From: Abditibacterium sp.
Lineage (GTDB): Bacteria > Armatimonadota > Abditibacteriia > Abditibacteriales > Abditibacteriaceae
DNA: 64,000 nt
Assembly: GCA_965246885.1 (NCBI GenBank)
Contig: OZ251992.1
Coordinates: 3,418,671-3,482,670 of the forward strand
Direction: 5' to 3'
The notes beneath the pieces are model-generated. The model had not been told where the DNA came from and made no database searches. It saw nothing but the letters and a program-made list of their open reading frames with translations. This document shows, one piece after another, positions 9,646-18,970 of the stretch (within the stretch, counting starts at the first letter, position 1; every line of letters begins with the position of its first letter). A program made the position numbers and the translations under genes.

Positions 9646-11976
9646 CTACTCCACCTTCTCCAACCCCGCGAACGCCACGATGAGCTTCTTCTTTCCCACG
9701 CCGCCCGACAAAAAAGCCACTTCCACCCACTCCCCCGCCCCGCCCGCCGCCGCCGCTGCCACCACCAGCCCCTCCCCGTACGATTTATGGCGCACCTTTT
9801 CTCCTACACGGAACGTCGGCGCTTTGCTCGCCGCCTCCCGCGACGCACTCGCCGGTGTCGGCGACGCGAAGATTGGACGCGGCAGGTCTTCCACCCGCCC
9901 GCGCGAGCCGCTTCGCCCGCCATTGCCCCACGCCGTCGAGCGCGCGTAAAAGCCGCCGTTGCCGGTTTTGGCCAAGCCCTCCTTGTCCATCAGGTGTCCC
10001 GGTATCTCGTCCAGAAACTGCGACTGCTGCGTCGTTTCGGTTCGCCCGTGCATGGTGCGCTGCTGCGCGTAGCTCAAGAATGCCCGCTTCTGGGCGCGCG
10101 TCAGGCCGACGTACATCAAGCGCCGCTCCTCTTCCAACTGGTCGTCGCTCGCGTTTTCGCCAAAGACCGCCCGCGAGTGCGGGAGTAAGCCCTGCTCGAC
10201 GCCCGCCAGAAACACGACCGGGAACTCCAAGCCCTTGGCGGCGTGGAGCGTCATAAACGTCACCGCGTCGTCGCCCTGATTGTGGGCGTTGTCCTTGTCG
10301 CCCGACCCGTCCAGCACCACATCGCCCAGAAACATCCCCAAGCGGAGCGGGTCTCCCTCATCGTCCCACGCTTCGCTCGCCTCGCCTTCCTCGTTGACTT
10401 CCTCCGCGAGGCGCAAGTCGAAGGCTTCCGCCGCGCGCACCAGTTCCTCGACGTTGGCGGCGCGGTCTACCGAGTCGGCGTCGCGCTCGCCGCGTAGCCA
10501 ATCGAGCATCCGCGTGCGCTCCAGTATCTTGTCGAGCAAGTCGGCGAGCGTCTTTTCGCTCCGCGCGTCGCCCATCAGTTGCCGGAGCAGCCGTTGCAAC
10601 GGCTCGATTTTGCGCGCGACAACTGGCGTTAATGCCTTGCCCGTCGTGCCGTTGTCGAGCAACACCGCGCCGACGGAGCGCCCCTGCTCGCGCGCCATGC
10701 CGTCCAATTTGTCCACCGTCGCCGCGCCGATGCCGCGCGGCGGGACGTTGACCAAACGCTTGAGCGCGCCGTCGTCATCGGGATTGTAAATCCAGCGCAG
10801 ATACGCGAGCACGTCCCGTATCTCGCGCCGCTCGTAGAACCTCTGCGTTCCGACCAGCTTAAGCGGCACGCGCGCCCTGAGAAACGCTTCCTCAAAGGGC
10901 CGCGACTGCGCGTTGACGCGGCACAATATCGCAAAGTCCCCAAACTCCAAATGCTCCGAGCGCCGCAGCATCTCCACTTGCCGCACCACCCACGCCGCTT
11001 CCTCCTGCGCGTTGAGCGCGCCGTGCAGTGTCAGTTGCGGCCCGCCCTTTTCTTCCGTCCACAACCGCTTCGGCGCCCGCCCCGCGTTCTGCGAAATCAC
11101 GCCATAAGCCGCGTCCAAGATGTTCTGCGTCGAGCGGTAGTTCTGCTCCAAGCGCACCACCGTCGCGTCGGGATACCGCTTCTCGAAGTCCAAAATAATT
11201 TTCACATCCGCCCCCCGCCAAGCGTAGATGCTCTGATCATCATCGCCCACGACGCAGATGTTGCGGTGCTTGCTCGCCAGCATTCGCGCCCATTGGAACT
11301 GGGCTTCGTTCACGTCTTGGAACTCGTCTATCAGGACGTGCTTGAACCGCTCTGACCAGTGTTCGAGGGTTTCGGGACTCTCTTGAAGCAGGCGCACGGC
11401 TTCCATGAGCAGGTCGTCGAAGTCCATTGAACCCGTCGCGCGCAACCGCTCTTGATAGCGCGCGTAAAGGTTGGCGTAGACCTTTTCGTGCGGCTTGCCC
11501 GCGCGCGCGGCGACCATCGGGGGGGTGAGCAGGAGGTTCTTGGCGTCTGAAACTTTGCCGAGGGCGACGGAGGGCTTGAAGCGGTCGGTGTCGAGGTTGG
11601 CGTCTTTGACGCACTCCTTCATGACGCGCAGTTGGTCGTCAGAATCGAGGATCGTAAAGCGCGGGTTGAGGCCGATGCGCTCGCCGTGAATCCGCAGCAT
11701 TTGCGCGCACATTGCGTGGAACGTGCCCAGCCACATCCGTTTGGCGACGGGGCCGACGAGGTTTTCCAAGCGCTCGCGCATTTCTTTGGCGGCTTTGTTG
11801 GTGAACGTGACGGCCAAGATGCGGTGCGGCGAGGTGCCGCTTTGAATGAGGTAGGCGATGCGGTGCGTGAGGGTGCGCGTCTTGCCGCTTCCGGCGCCCG
11901 CGAAGATGAGAAGCGGGCCGTCTTGATGCGCGACCGCCGCGCGCTGGGGTTCGTTGAGTCCTTCGAGCAAATCCAT
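9646..11976 (-). CDS. pcrA: ATP-dependent DNA helicase PcrA/UvrD
   Basis: LNEPQ, AGAGSGKT, DEFQD, VGDDDQSIYAWRGA, LEQNYRS, TLHAAKGLEF, EERRLMYVGLTRA, C-terminal Tudor-like domain. Confidence 0.96.
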   Translation of the reverse strand: MDLLEGLNEPQRAAVAHQDGPLLIFAGAGSGKTRTLTHRIAYLIQSGTSPHRILAVTFTNKAAKEMRERLENLVGPVAKRMWLGTFHAMCAQMLRIHGERIGLNPRFTILDSDDQLRVMKECVKDANLDTDRFKPSVALGKVSDAKNLLLTPPMVAARAGKPHEKVYANLYARYQERLRATGSMDFDDLLMEAVRLLQESPETLEHWSERFKHVLIDEFQDVNEAQFQWARMLASKHRNICVVGDDDQSIYAWRGADVKIILDFEKRYPDATVVRLEQNYRSTQNILDAAYGVISQNAGRAPKRLWTEEKGGPQLTLHGALNAQEEAAWVVRQVEMLRRSEHLEFGDFAILCRVNAQSRPFEEAFLRARVPLKLVGTQRFYERREIRDVLAYLRWIYNPDDDGALKRLVNVPPRGIGAATVDKLDGMAREQGRSVGAVLLDNGTTGKALTPVVARKIEPLQRLLRQLMGDARSEKTLADLLDKILERTRMLDWLRGERDADSVDRAANVEELVRAAEAFDLRLAEEVNEEGEASEAWDDEGDPLRLGMFLGDVVLDGSGDKDNAHNQGDDAVTFMTLHAAKGLEFPVVFLAGVEQGLLPHSRAVFGENASDDQLEEERRLMYVGLTRAQKRAFLSYAQQRTMHGRTETTQQSQFLDEIPGHLMDKEGLAKTGNGGFYARSTAWGNGGRSGSRGRVEDLPRPIFASPTPASASREAASKAPTFRVGEKVRHKSYGEGLVVAAAAAGGAGEWVEVAFLSGGVGKKKLIVAFAGLEKVE

Positions 11977-12025
11977 TGGGAACAGTTTGGACGCGCGGCC
12001 CGGTGGGGCGCCCACACTGTCTCCT

Positions 12026-13093
12026 GTGAAAATCGCTCTCGACGCCACGCCGCTTTATGGGGAACTGGGCGGGGTCGAGCGCGCGTTGTGGCAAACGCTC
12101 CTCGCGCTGCACGAGTTGGACTTGCCGCACGAGTTCCACGTCTTCGTGCCGCGCGATGCGCCCGCGTCGCCGCTTGGAAAGGCGAACTGGCAGTGGCGGC
12201 GCTTGCCGTTTGCGGGCGCGGACAAGCTGCGGCGCATCGTGTGGCAGCAAGGGGAGTTGCCGCTTTTGCTTCTGCGCGAGGGGTTCGATTGGCTCCATGC
12301 TTCCAATTACGTGATGCCGTTGCTGAGTCCCGTCAAGACGCTCGTGAGCGTGCCGGACTTAATCGCGCTCGACTTCCCGCGCTTTGCGACGCAGGCGAAT
12401 CGTCTCCATTATCGCGCGGTTTTGCCCGCGACATTACGGCGCGCGACAGTCGTTTTGGCGCCGACGCCGCGCGGACGGGCGGCCATTTTGCGCCGCGCGC
12501 CGGAAGCGCGGGTCGTCGTGGCGCCGATGGGCGTCGAGCCGGAGTTTCGGGTGCCCGTGCCTGAAGCCGAGCGCGCGACTGTGCGCCTGAAATACGACTT
12601 GCCGCCGCGCTTTCTGCTCTTCGCCGGAAATCTGGAGCCGAAGAAGAACCTGCCGCGCTTGCTGCGGGCGCTGGAACTGCTGGGCGACGCGGCGCCGCCG
12701 CTCGCCTTGGTGGGCGGGCTAAAGCCTTGGCCAAACTTGGTGGAGTTGAAACAACGCGCGCGGTTTCTGGGCTTCGTTTCGCGCGCGGAGTTGCGGGTTT
12801 TGATGGGCACTTGCGCGGCGTTTTGCTTCCCGTCACTGGCTGAAGGGTTCGGCTTGCCCGTTGTGGAAGCGCTCGCGGCGGGCGCGCGGGTGGTGGCATC
12901 AAGCGCCGTCCCGATTCCCGGCTTGGAGCAAGTCGCACCCATGCCCGATCCGCGCTCGGTCGCGGCGATTGCCGATGCCATCCGAGCGGCATTGGCAACG
13001 CCCCCATCGGACGCGGGCCGCGACTGGTCGCGGCAGTTTACATGGGCGGAAACGGCGCGTATCATAGCGCAAACTTACGAGGCACCGCCATGA
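12026..13093 (+). CDS. Glycosyltransferase family 4 (GT-B)
   Basis: GNLEPKKNL and FPSLAEGFGLPVVEALAAG; GTG start at 12026. Confidence 0.9.
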   Translation: MKIALDATPLYGELGGVERALWQTLLALHELDLPHEFHVFVPRDAPASPLGKANWQWRRLPFAGADKLRRIVWQQGELPLLLLREGFDWLHASNYVMPLLSPVKTLVSVPDLIALDFPRFATQANRLHYRAVLPATLRRATVVLAPTPRGRAAILRRAPEARVVVAPMGVEPEFRVPVPEAERATVRLKYDLPPRFLLFAGNLEPKKNLPRLLRALELLGDAAPPLALVGGLKPWPNLVELKQRARFLGFVSRAELRVLMGTCAAFCFPSLAEGFGLPVVEALAAGARVVASSAVPIPGLEQVAPMPDPRSVAAIADAIRAALATPPSDAGRDWSRQFTWAETARIIAQTYEAPP

Positions 13094-14115
13094 GAATCGC
13101 CTTCCTGCTCGACACCTTCCCGTCCCCGACCGAGACCTTCATCGCCCGCGAAATCGAGGCGCTGCGGCGGCGCGGCTTCGTCATCGAAGTCTTCGCTTTC
13201 AACGTGGGCAATGGTGGCGAAGCGGCGCCCATCCCGCAGTCCATCGCGCACAAGCTCTCGCCGCGCCGGTGGGAACTGGTCGGGCGCGCGCTCGACCTGC
13301 GCGGTTTCGCGCACGTTCACGCGGGTTGGGCGAACCATCTGGCCGAAGTCGCGCGCGCGGCGGCGGCGCGCGCGGGCATCCCTTGGAGTTTTTCGGCGCA
13401 CGCGCGCGACCTCTGGGTCGAGGGCGGCGATTTACGCGCGAAGCTATCGAGCGCCAAATTCGCCACCAGTTGCACGCTCGCGGGCGCCGAGGAGTTAAGG
13501 CGCTTCGGCGGCAACGTCGTCTACGCCCCGCACGGCTTGGAGTTGGCGCGCTACGAGTTCCACGAGCCGGACTTGGAGGGCAAGCACAGGTTAGTCGGCG
13601 TCGGGCGCTTGGTCGAAAAGAAGGGCTGGGACGACGCCGCGCTCGCGGCCTACTACACACGCGCGCGGCTCACCATCATCGGCGACGGGCCGGGGCGCGT
13701 GGCCCTCCAAAGGTTGCCCGATTACTTTCAATGCACGGTAATTCCGGCCATGCCGCACGGCGAACTCATCGGCAAGCTACGCGAGTTCAACTGCCTCATT
13801 CTGCCCTCCCAACGCACGCCCGACGGCGACCGTGACGGCCTCGCTAACGTCCTCCTCGAAGCCGCCGCGCTGGGCTTGCCGCTCATCACGACGGACGCCG
13901 GAAGCGCGAGCGATTTCGTGGACGAGGACACGGGCCTCCTTGTCGGAGCCTCCGATTATCAGGCGCTCGAAGCCGCCATCTCCCGCGTGTTCGCTGACCC
14001 CGCCGCGACGCTCGAACGCTGCCGCAACGCGCGCAAGCGCGTCGAAAGGCGCTTCGACGTGGACAAAAACTGCGCGGTGTTGGCGGGGCTGTTCGAGGGG
14101 CTGTTCGCGGATTAG
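13090..14115 (+). CDS. Glycosyltransferase family 4 (WcaL-like)
   Basis: FPSPTETFIAREI, VGRLVEKKG and DRDGLANVLLEAAALGLP. Confidence 0.9.
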   Translation: MRIAFLLDTFPSPTETFIAREIEALRRRGFVIEVFAFNVGNGGEAAPIPQSIAHKLSPRRWELVGRALDLRGFAHVHAGWANHLAEVARAAAARAGIPWSFSAHARDLWVEGGDLRAKLSSAKFATSCTLAGAEELRRFGGNVVYAPHGLELARYEFHEPDLEGKHRLVGVGRLVEKKGWDDAALAAYYTRARLTIIGDGPGRVALQRLPDYFQCTVIPAMPHGELIGKLREFNCLILPSQRTPDGDRDGLANVLLEAAALGLPLITTDAGSASDFVDEDTGLLVGASDYQALEAAISRVFADPAATLERCRNARKRVERRFDVDKNCAVLAGLFEGLFAD

Positions 14116-14924
14116 CGCCCTTCCGGGTGGCGCACGCCGCGCGTGTGCTCGAAGACGTAATTCACCACGTCCTCCGGGTCGTCGCTCAGGTGGATCAGGT
14201 TAATATCTGACGCGAGTATCGTCCCGTTGGCCACGAGTGTTTCGCGCATCCAGTCAATGAGGCCGCGCCAATAGTCGCCGCCATACACCACGACGGGGAA
14301 GTCCTGAATTTTGTGCGTCTGCACCAGCGTCAGCGCCTCGAAGAACTCGTCCAATGTCCCGAAGCCGCCCGGAAAGATGATGAACGCGCTCGCGTATTTG
14401 ACGAAGTTGACCTTGCGGCAAAAGAAGTAGCGGAAGTTGATGCCGACATCGCAATAGGGGTTCATGCCCTGCTCCAACGGCAGTTCGATGCCCAAACCGA
14501 TGGACATTTTCTCGCTCTTGTCGCGCGCGTCGCGCGCGCCCCGGTTGGCGGCTTCCATGATGCCCGGCCCGCCGCCGGTGATGATGGCCCACCCGCCGCG
14601 CGCCAACCGCCGCGCCACCTCGCGCGCCGCGATGTAGTAGGGCGAGGTTTCGGGCAACCGCGCCGATCCGAAGATGGCGATGCTCGGCCCGACGCGGCTC
14701 ATCTGCTCGAACGAATGGACGAACTCCGATTGGATGCGCAATATCCGCCATGTGTCGGACTCGGTAAAATGCTCTTGCAGCGCGGGCGGGCGTCCGGGGT
14801 TGAGCAGGGCAAAGTCGTCGGTCTGCTTGGCCGCTTCTTTGAACTGCGACTTGGGCGCTTCGGCGGCGGAGTTGGGCATCGCTTGCAGTTCCGCGCCGGA
14901 TTCGGGGTTTGAGTTGGTGGGCAT
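14112..14924 (-). CDS. LOG family (TIGR00730 Rossmann-fold) nucleotide monophosphate nucleosidase
   Basis: IFGSAR, TGGGPGIMEAANRGA, YFFCRK, PGGFGTLDE. Confidence 0.92.
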   Translation of the reverse strand: MPTNSNPESGAELQAMPNSAAEAPKSQFKEAAKQTDDFALLNPGRPPALQEHFTESDTWRILRIQSEFVHSFEQMSRVGPSIAIFGSARLPETSPYYIAAREVARRLARGGWAIITGGGPGIMEAANRGARDARDKSEKMSIGLGIELPLEQGMNPYCDVGINFRYFFCRKVNFVKYASAFIIFPGGFGTLDEFFEALTLVQTHKIQDFPVVVYGGDYWRGLIDWMRETLVANGTILASDINLIHLSDDPEDVVNYVFEHTRGVRHPEGR

Positions 14925-14973
14925 GAGGGAGAGAGTTTGGCGGGCGTTGATGGAGTAGGTCTAACAAGCAACT

Positions 14974-15137
14974 CCCGACACGCCCTAAAGGACGTGGCAA
15001 GAAGCCGTTGGCTGGTCGTGCTGCTCACGAATGGCGACTCCAACAACCCTGCGCGGACGCGGCGAAGTGACGGCAAGAACTCGTGCGCAGCACGACCAGC
15101 CAACGGCTTCTTGCCACGTCCTTTAGGGCGTGTCGGG
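14974..15137. repeat. Long inverted repeat (REPIN/MITE-like)
   Basis: 51-bp perfect arms at 14974-15024 and 15087-15137, extendable to 57 bp with one mismatch; 50-nt spacer. Confidence 0.9.
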
Positions 15138-15146
15138 GCTAAATCT

Positions 15147-17870
15147 TTATTCCTTCAACGCTAACTTCCGCAGTTCCCCCAACTTCACAAGCGCTTCCAA
15201 GGGCGTGAGATTATCCACATCCAAGGCGCGGATGGCTTCGACGATGGGGTTGGGGGGAGCGGGCAGGGCGGTTGGGGCGTCGGTGAACAAGTCACCGACG
15301 CTTGACATAGCAGCAACCGGCACGCTCTCGACGTGCTGTCCACGCAAGCGCTCTTGGGAGAAGGCTTCCAGTAGCTCGCGGGCGCGGGCGATGACGGGAG
15401 CGGGCAAACCGGCCAAGCGCGCGACTTGAATCCCGAAGCTCCGGTCGGTGCCGCCCCGGATAATGCGGCGCAGGAAGATGATATGGTCGCCGTCCTCCTT
15501 CACGGCGATGCGGTAGTTCTTGACGCGCGGCAAGCGCTCCTCCAATTCGTTGAGGTGGTGGTAGTGAGTGGCGAAGAGCGTCTTGGGGCCGAGTTCGTGC
15601 AAGTACTCCGCGACCGCCCACGCAATCGAAAGTCCGTCGTAGGTCGAAGTGCCGCGTCCGACCTCATCGAGAATGACCAAGGAGCGCGGCGTCGCGTTGT
15701 TGAGGATGTTCGCGGTTTCGTTCATCTCGACGGTAAAGGTGGACTGCCCCGTCGCCAAGTCGTCTTGCGCGCCGACGCGGGTGAAGATGCGGTCAACAAG
15801 TCCGATTCGGGCGCTTCGAGCGGGCACGTAGCTGCCGATTTGCGCCATCAAGACAATCAGCGCGACTTGGCGCAAAAAGGTGGATTTGCCGCTCGCGTTG
15901 GGGCCGGTGATGATGATCTCCTGCTGTGTGCTGGTGTCCAGAACGCAGTCGTTTGGCACGAACGGCTCGTTGAGAGCGGCTTCGACAATGGGGTGGCGGC
16001 CAGAGCGGATGTCAATGACCGGCTCCTCAACGACTTCGGGCCGCACGTAATCGCGGCGACTCGCCACTTCCGCGAGCGAGGCGAACACGTCCAAATGGGC
16101 TAAGGCCCGCGCAGTGTCCATTAGTGGGCCGCTACCCGCCGCGACTTGGTTGCGAACGCGCTCGAACAGCCGCTTTTCTAAGTCGCGCGCTTTGTCCTGC
16201 GCGCCCAAGATGAGTTCCTCTTTTTCCTTGAGTTCGGGAGTGACGTAGCGCTCGCCGTTGGCGGTGGTTTGCTTGCGGGTGTAGTCGTCGGGGACTTTGC
16301 CGAGGTTGGTTTTCGTGACCTCGATGTAGTAGCCGAAGACATTGTTGAAAGCGACCTTGAGCGAAGGGATGCCCGTCCGCGCGCGCTCGGCTTCTTGGAG
16401 CGCGATAATCCATCCTTGCCCTTCCCTCGTGGCGGCGCGCAGTTCATCCAAGGCGGCGTCGAACCCCTCGCGGATGAGGCCGCCGTCAGTCAAGATGGCG
16501 GGCGGGTCGTCGGCGAGCGAATCGGCCAACAAACTGAGCAAATCCGGCGTGGGATTGAGGTGCCGCTTGACGTTGTCGAGCGAAGCGGAACCGGCGTCTC
16601 CCAAGGCCAAGCCGATAGCGGGCAAGGTCTGGAGAGCGTTGCGCAGCGCCACCAAGTCGCGGGCGTTGCCGGTTCCCGAAACGGCGCGCGACACCAAACG
16701 CTCGATGTCGCCGACTTGCTTGAGCAGGTCGCGGCAGTCGCGGCGCAAGAGGATGTTGTCACGCAGTTCGCCAACCGCTTCTTGGCGGCGCTCGATGCGC
16801 TCGCGGGATAAAAGCGGCTGGAGAATCCATTTGCGCAAGAGGCGCGAACCCGCGCCGGTGCGCGTTTCGTCGAGCAAGGCCAGCAGGGTGCCTTTACCCG
16901 ACCCGTCGCGGATGGACTGCGCCAACTCCAAATTGCGCCGCGTGGCTTGGTCAAGCAGCATCGCCGAATCGGTGGCGAGCAAGGTGATGCGGCGCAGATG
17001 GGCCAAAGCGCCGAGTTGCGAATCGCGCAGGTAATCAAGCGCGAGCGACGCCGCGCCCTGCGCGCCGGGGAACTCTTCGAGTCCAAAGCCGCGCAAGGAA
17101 GCGGTCTTGAAGTGCGCCAAAAGTTTGTCGCGCGGTTCGTCAAAGCCCGATGGGTCGAAGGCGGTGACATGCAAGCGCGCCTCATGGAGCATGGACAGGA
17201 ACCCGGCGCACTCGCGCAAGCGTTGCGGGACGAGGATTTCCGAGGGCGCGAAGCGCAAAAGCTCTTCGCGCAGTTTGGCGAAGCGGGCATTGGACTCGGC
17301 GTTTTCGGGCGTGACATCGTCGCCTTCGGCGTTTGGCTCAACTTCGCACGGATTGACGCGCGCATCGCCGACAGCTTCGACTTCGCCCGCCAGAAATTCG
17401 CCGGTCGAAACGTCCACGAGGGCCAAGCCAAAGCGGGTGAGCTTCGCGTCGCAATGGAGCGCCGCGAGGAAGTTGTTGCCGGTTCCGGCGCCCATGCCCG
17501 ACAAGAAGGCGTCTTCCAAAACGGTGCCGGGACTCAGCACGCGCACCACTTCGCGCTTGACAAGTCCCCGCGCGTATTTGGGGTCTTCCATCTGCTCGCA
17601 CACGGCGACACGGTAGCCGCGACTAAGTAAGAGGGCGATGTGGCGCTCGATGGAATGATACGGCACGCCGCACATGGGGAGCGGGTTGTCGGTGTCTTTG
17701 TGGCGCGCGGTGAGCGTCAATTCGCACTCGCGCGCCACGATCTTGGCGTCCTCGCCAAAGAGTTCGTAGAAATCGCCCATGCGAAAGAGGAGGAGCGTGT
17801 CGGGGTGCCCCGCTTTGGCGCGCTCCCATTGGCGCATGAAGGGGGTGGATTTGGCGGGCGTGGGGGTCAT
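15147..17870 (-). CDS. mutS: DNA mismatch repair protein MutS
   Basis: FRMGDFYELF, ITGPNASGKST, STFTVEM, DEVGRGTST, FATHYH, SFGIQVARLAGLP. Confidence 0.97.
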   Translation of the reverse strand: MTPTPAKSTPFMRQWERAKAGHPDTLLLFRMGDFYELFGEDAKIVARECELTLTARHKDTDNPLPMCGVPYHSIERHIALLLSRGYRVAVCEQMEDPKYARGLVKREVVRVLSPGTVLEDAFLSGMGAGTGNNFLAALHCDAKLTRFGLALVDVSTGEFLAGEVEAVGDARVNPCEVEPNAEGDDVTPENAESNARFAKLREELLRFAPSEILVPQRLRECAGFLSMLHEARLHVTAFDPSGFDEPRDKLLAHFKTASLRGFGLEEFPGAQGAASLALDYLRDSQLGALAHLRRITLLATDSAMLLDQATRRNLELAQSIRDGSGKGTLLALLDETRTGAGSRLLRKWILQPLLSRERIERRQEAVGELRDNILLRRDCRDLLKQVGDIERLVSRAVSGTGNARDLVALRNALQTLPAIGLALGDAGSASLDNVKRHLNPTPDLLSLLADSLADDPPAILTDGGLIREGFDAALDELRAATREGQGWIIALQEAERARTGIPSLKVAFNNVFGYYIEVTKTNLGKVPDDYTRKQTTANGERYVTPELKEKEELILGAQDKARDLEKRLFERVRNQVAAGSGPLMDTARALAHLDVFASLAEVASRRDYVRPEVVEEPVIDIRSGRHPIVEAALNEPFVPNDCVLDTSTQQEIIITGPNASGKSTFLRQVALIVLMAQIGSYVPARSARIGLVDRIFTRVGAQDDLATGQSTFTVEMNETANILNNATPRSLVILDEVGRGTSTYDGLSIAWAVAEYLHELGPKTLFATHYHHLNELEERLPRVKNYRIAVKEDGDHIIFLRRIIRGGTDRSFGIQVARLAGLPAPVIARARELLEAFSQERLRGQHVESVPVAAMSSVGDLFTDAPTALPAPPNPIVEAIRALDVDNLTPLEALVKLGELRKLALKE

Positions 17871-17935
17871 GGAGCGGTTTCAGCCTGTCGAATGAATTGG
17901 GAGGGAGTTTAGCCGAGGAGAGACGCCCGTCTTCC

Positions 17936-18060
17936 GGCGACACAGCCGCGCCGAGCAGTCACGTGCCCGCGCCACCGATTCCCACAGCCGCACCGATGAG
18001 TGACAGACATGTGGGAATCACTGACAGAGGTGTGTCGGCGACTGGCGCCCGTGTGTCGTC
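17936..18060. repeat. Imperfect palindrome built from degenerate 21-bp units
   Basis: gattcccaca/tgtgggaatc and ggcgacaca/tgtgtcgtc pairs share a centre at 17998; units recur every 21 bp. Confidence 0.65.
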
Positions 18061-18142
18061 GCGTGGTGCACTTCTGTCTTTGGCTCCGGGACGGCCCTTG
18101 GGGGACGGATGGGCGGCGCGAGCGTTCACACTTGCGGGCGCG

Positions 18143-18928
18143 ATGATTCCGCTCAAGGCGCTGCCCGACTCGCCCCGGCCCCCGATGGCAACGCGCACCT
18201 TGGCGGCGTCGGTGGCGCTTATGTGGGCGTTGCAGTTGGGAGCGCGCATGATAACGGGCCGCGACTGGGCGACGTCGTGGGGCGTGCGACCGGCGTGCTA
18301 TTTTTCGCCCGCCAGTTGTGGCATCGGGCCGGTGTCGCTCCCGTCGGCGCACTTGGTTTCATGGCAAGGTTGGGCGCACTCGGCGGCGGGTCATTTGGCA
18401 TTGTCTCCGCTCGTGGCGCTTTGGCTGCATGCCGATTGGTGGCACGTCGGGTTTAACCTGCTGTTCTTGTGGGTGTTTGGCAGCGCCCTCGAAGCGGAAG
18501 TGGGCGCGTGGCGGGTGCTGCGCTTATTTTTGGCGGGTGGGCTGGTGGCGACGGCGTGCCATGTGGCGTTTCACCCGGCTTCAACCGTGCCCACCATTGG
18601 CGCGTCGGGCGCGGTCGCGGCGCTGATGGGCGCGTATTTCTGGCGGTTGCCGCGCGCGTGGGTGTTGACGTACTTCCCGCCCATTTTCGTGTTGCCGGTT
18701 CCCTCTCCGTTGTTTGGCGTTTTGTGGCTGGCGGCGCAGTTCATCGGGGCGACGGGCGCCTTTCATGGTTGGTTGTCGGCGGTGGCGCCCGCGCGGGATG
18801 TCGCGTGGACGGCGCATCTGGGCGGCTTCGCGTGGGGGGCGTTGGCGGCGTGGCGTATGGGAAAGAGGCGGGGGCCAAGAGCCGGGAAACGCCCCCTCTC
18901 CAAGGCGGCCCGGAATATGGGAAAATGA
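18143..18928 (+). CDS. Rhomboid family intramembrane serine protease
   Basis: LHADWWHVGFNLLFLWVFG, IGASGAVA (catalytic Ser), AHLGGF (catalytic His). Confidence 0.92.
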   Translation: MIPLKALPDSPRPPMATRTLAASVALMWALQLGARMITGRDWATSWGVRPACYFSPASCGIGPVSLPSAHLVSWQGWAHSAAGHLALSPLVALWLHADWWHVGFNLLFLWVFGSALEAEVGAWRVLRLFLAGGLVATACHVAFHPASTVPTIGASGAVAALMGAYFWRLPRAWVLTYFPPIFVLPVPSPLFGVLWLAAQFIGATGAFHGWLSAVAPARDVAWTAHLGGFAWGALAAWRMGKRRGPRAGKRPLSKAARNMGK

Positions 18929-18970
18929 AGTGCGTGCGCGCGTGCGATTCGAGGCGGGCGCACACCCCTT

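Noticed and set aside
17290..17390. Acidic insertion in MutS (and similar ones in PcrA) as an intein or mobile insert
   Set aside because: Only about 25 residues, with no intein motifs; likely variable loops
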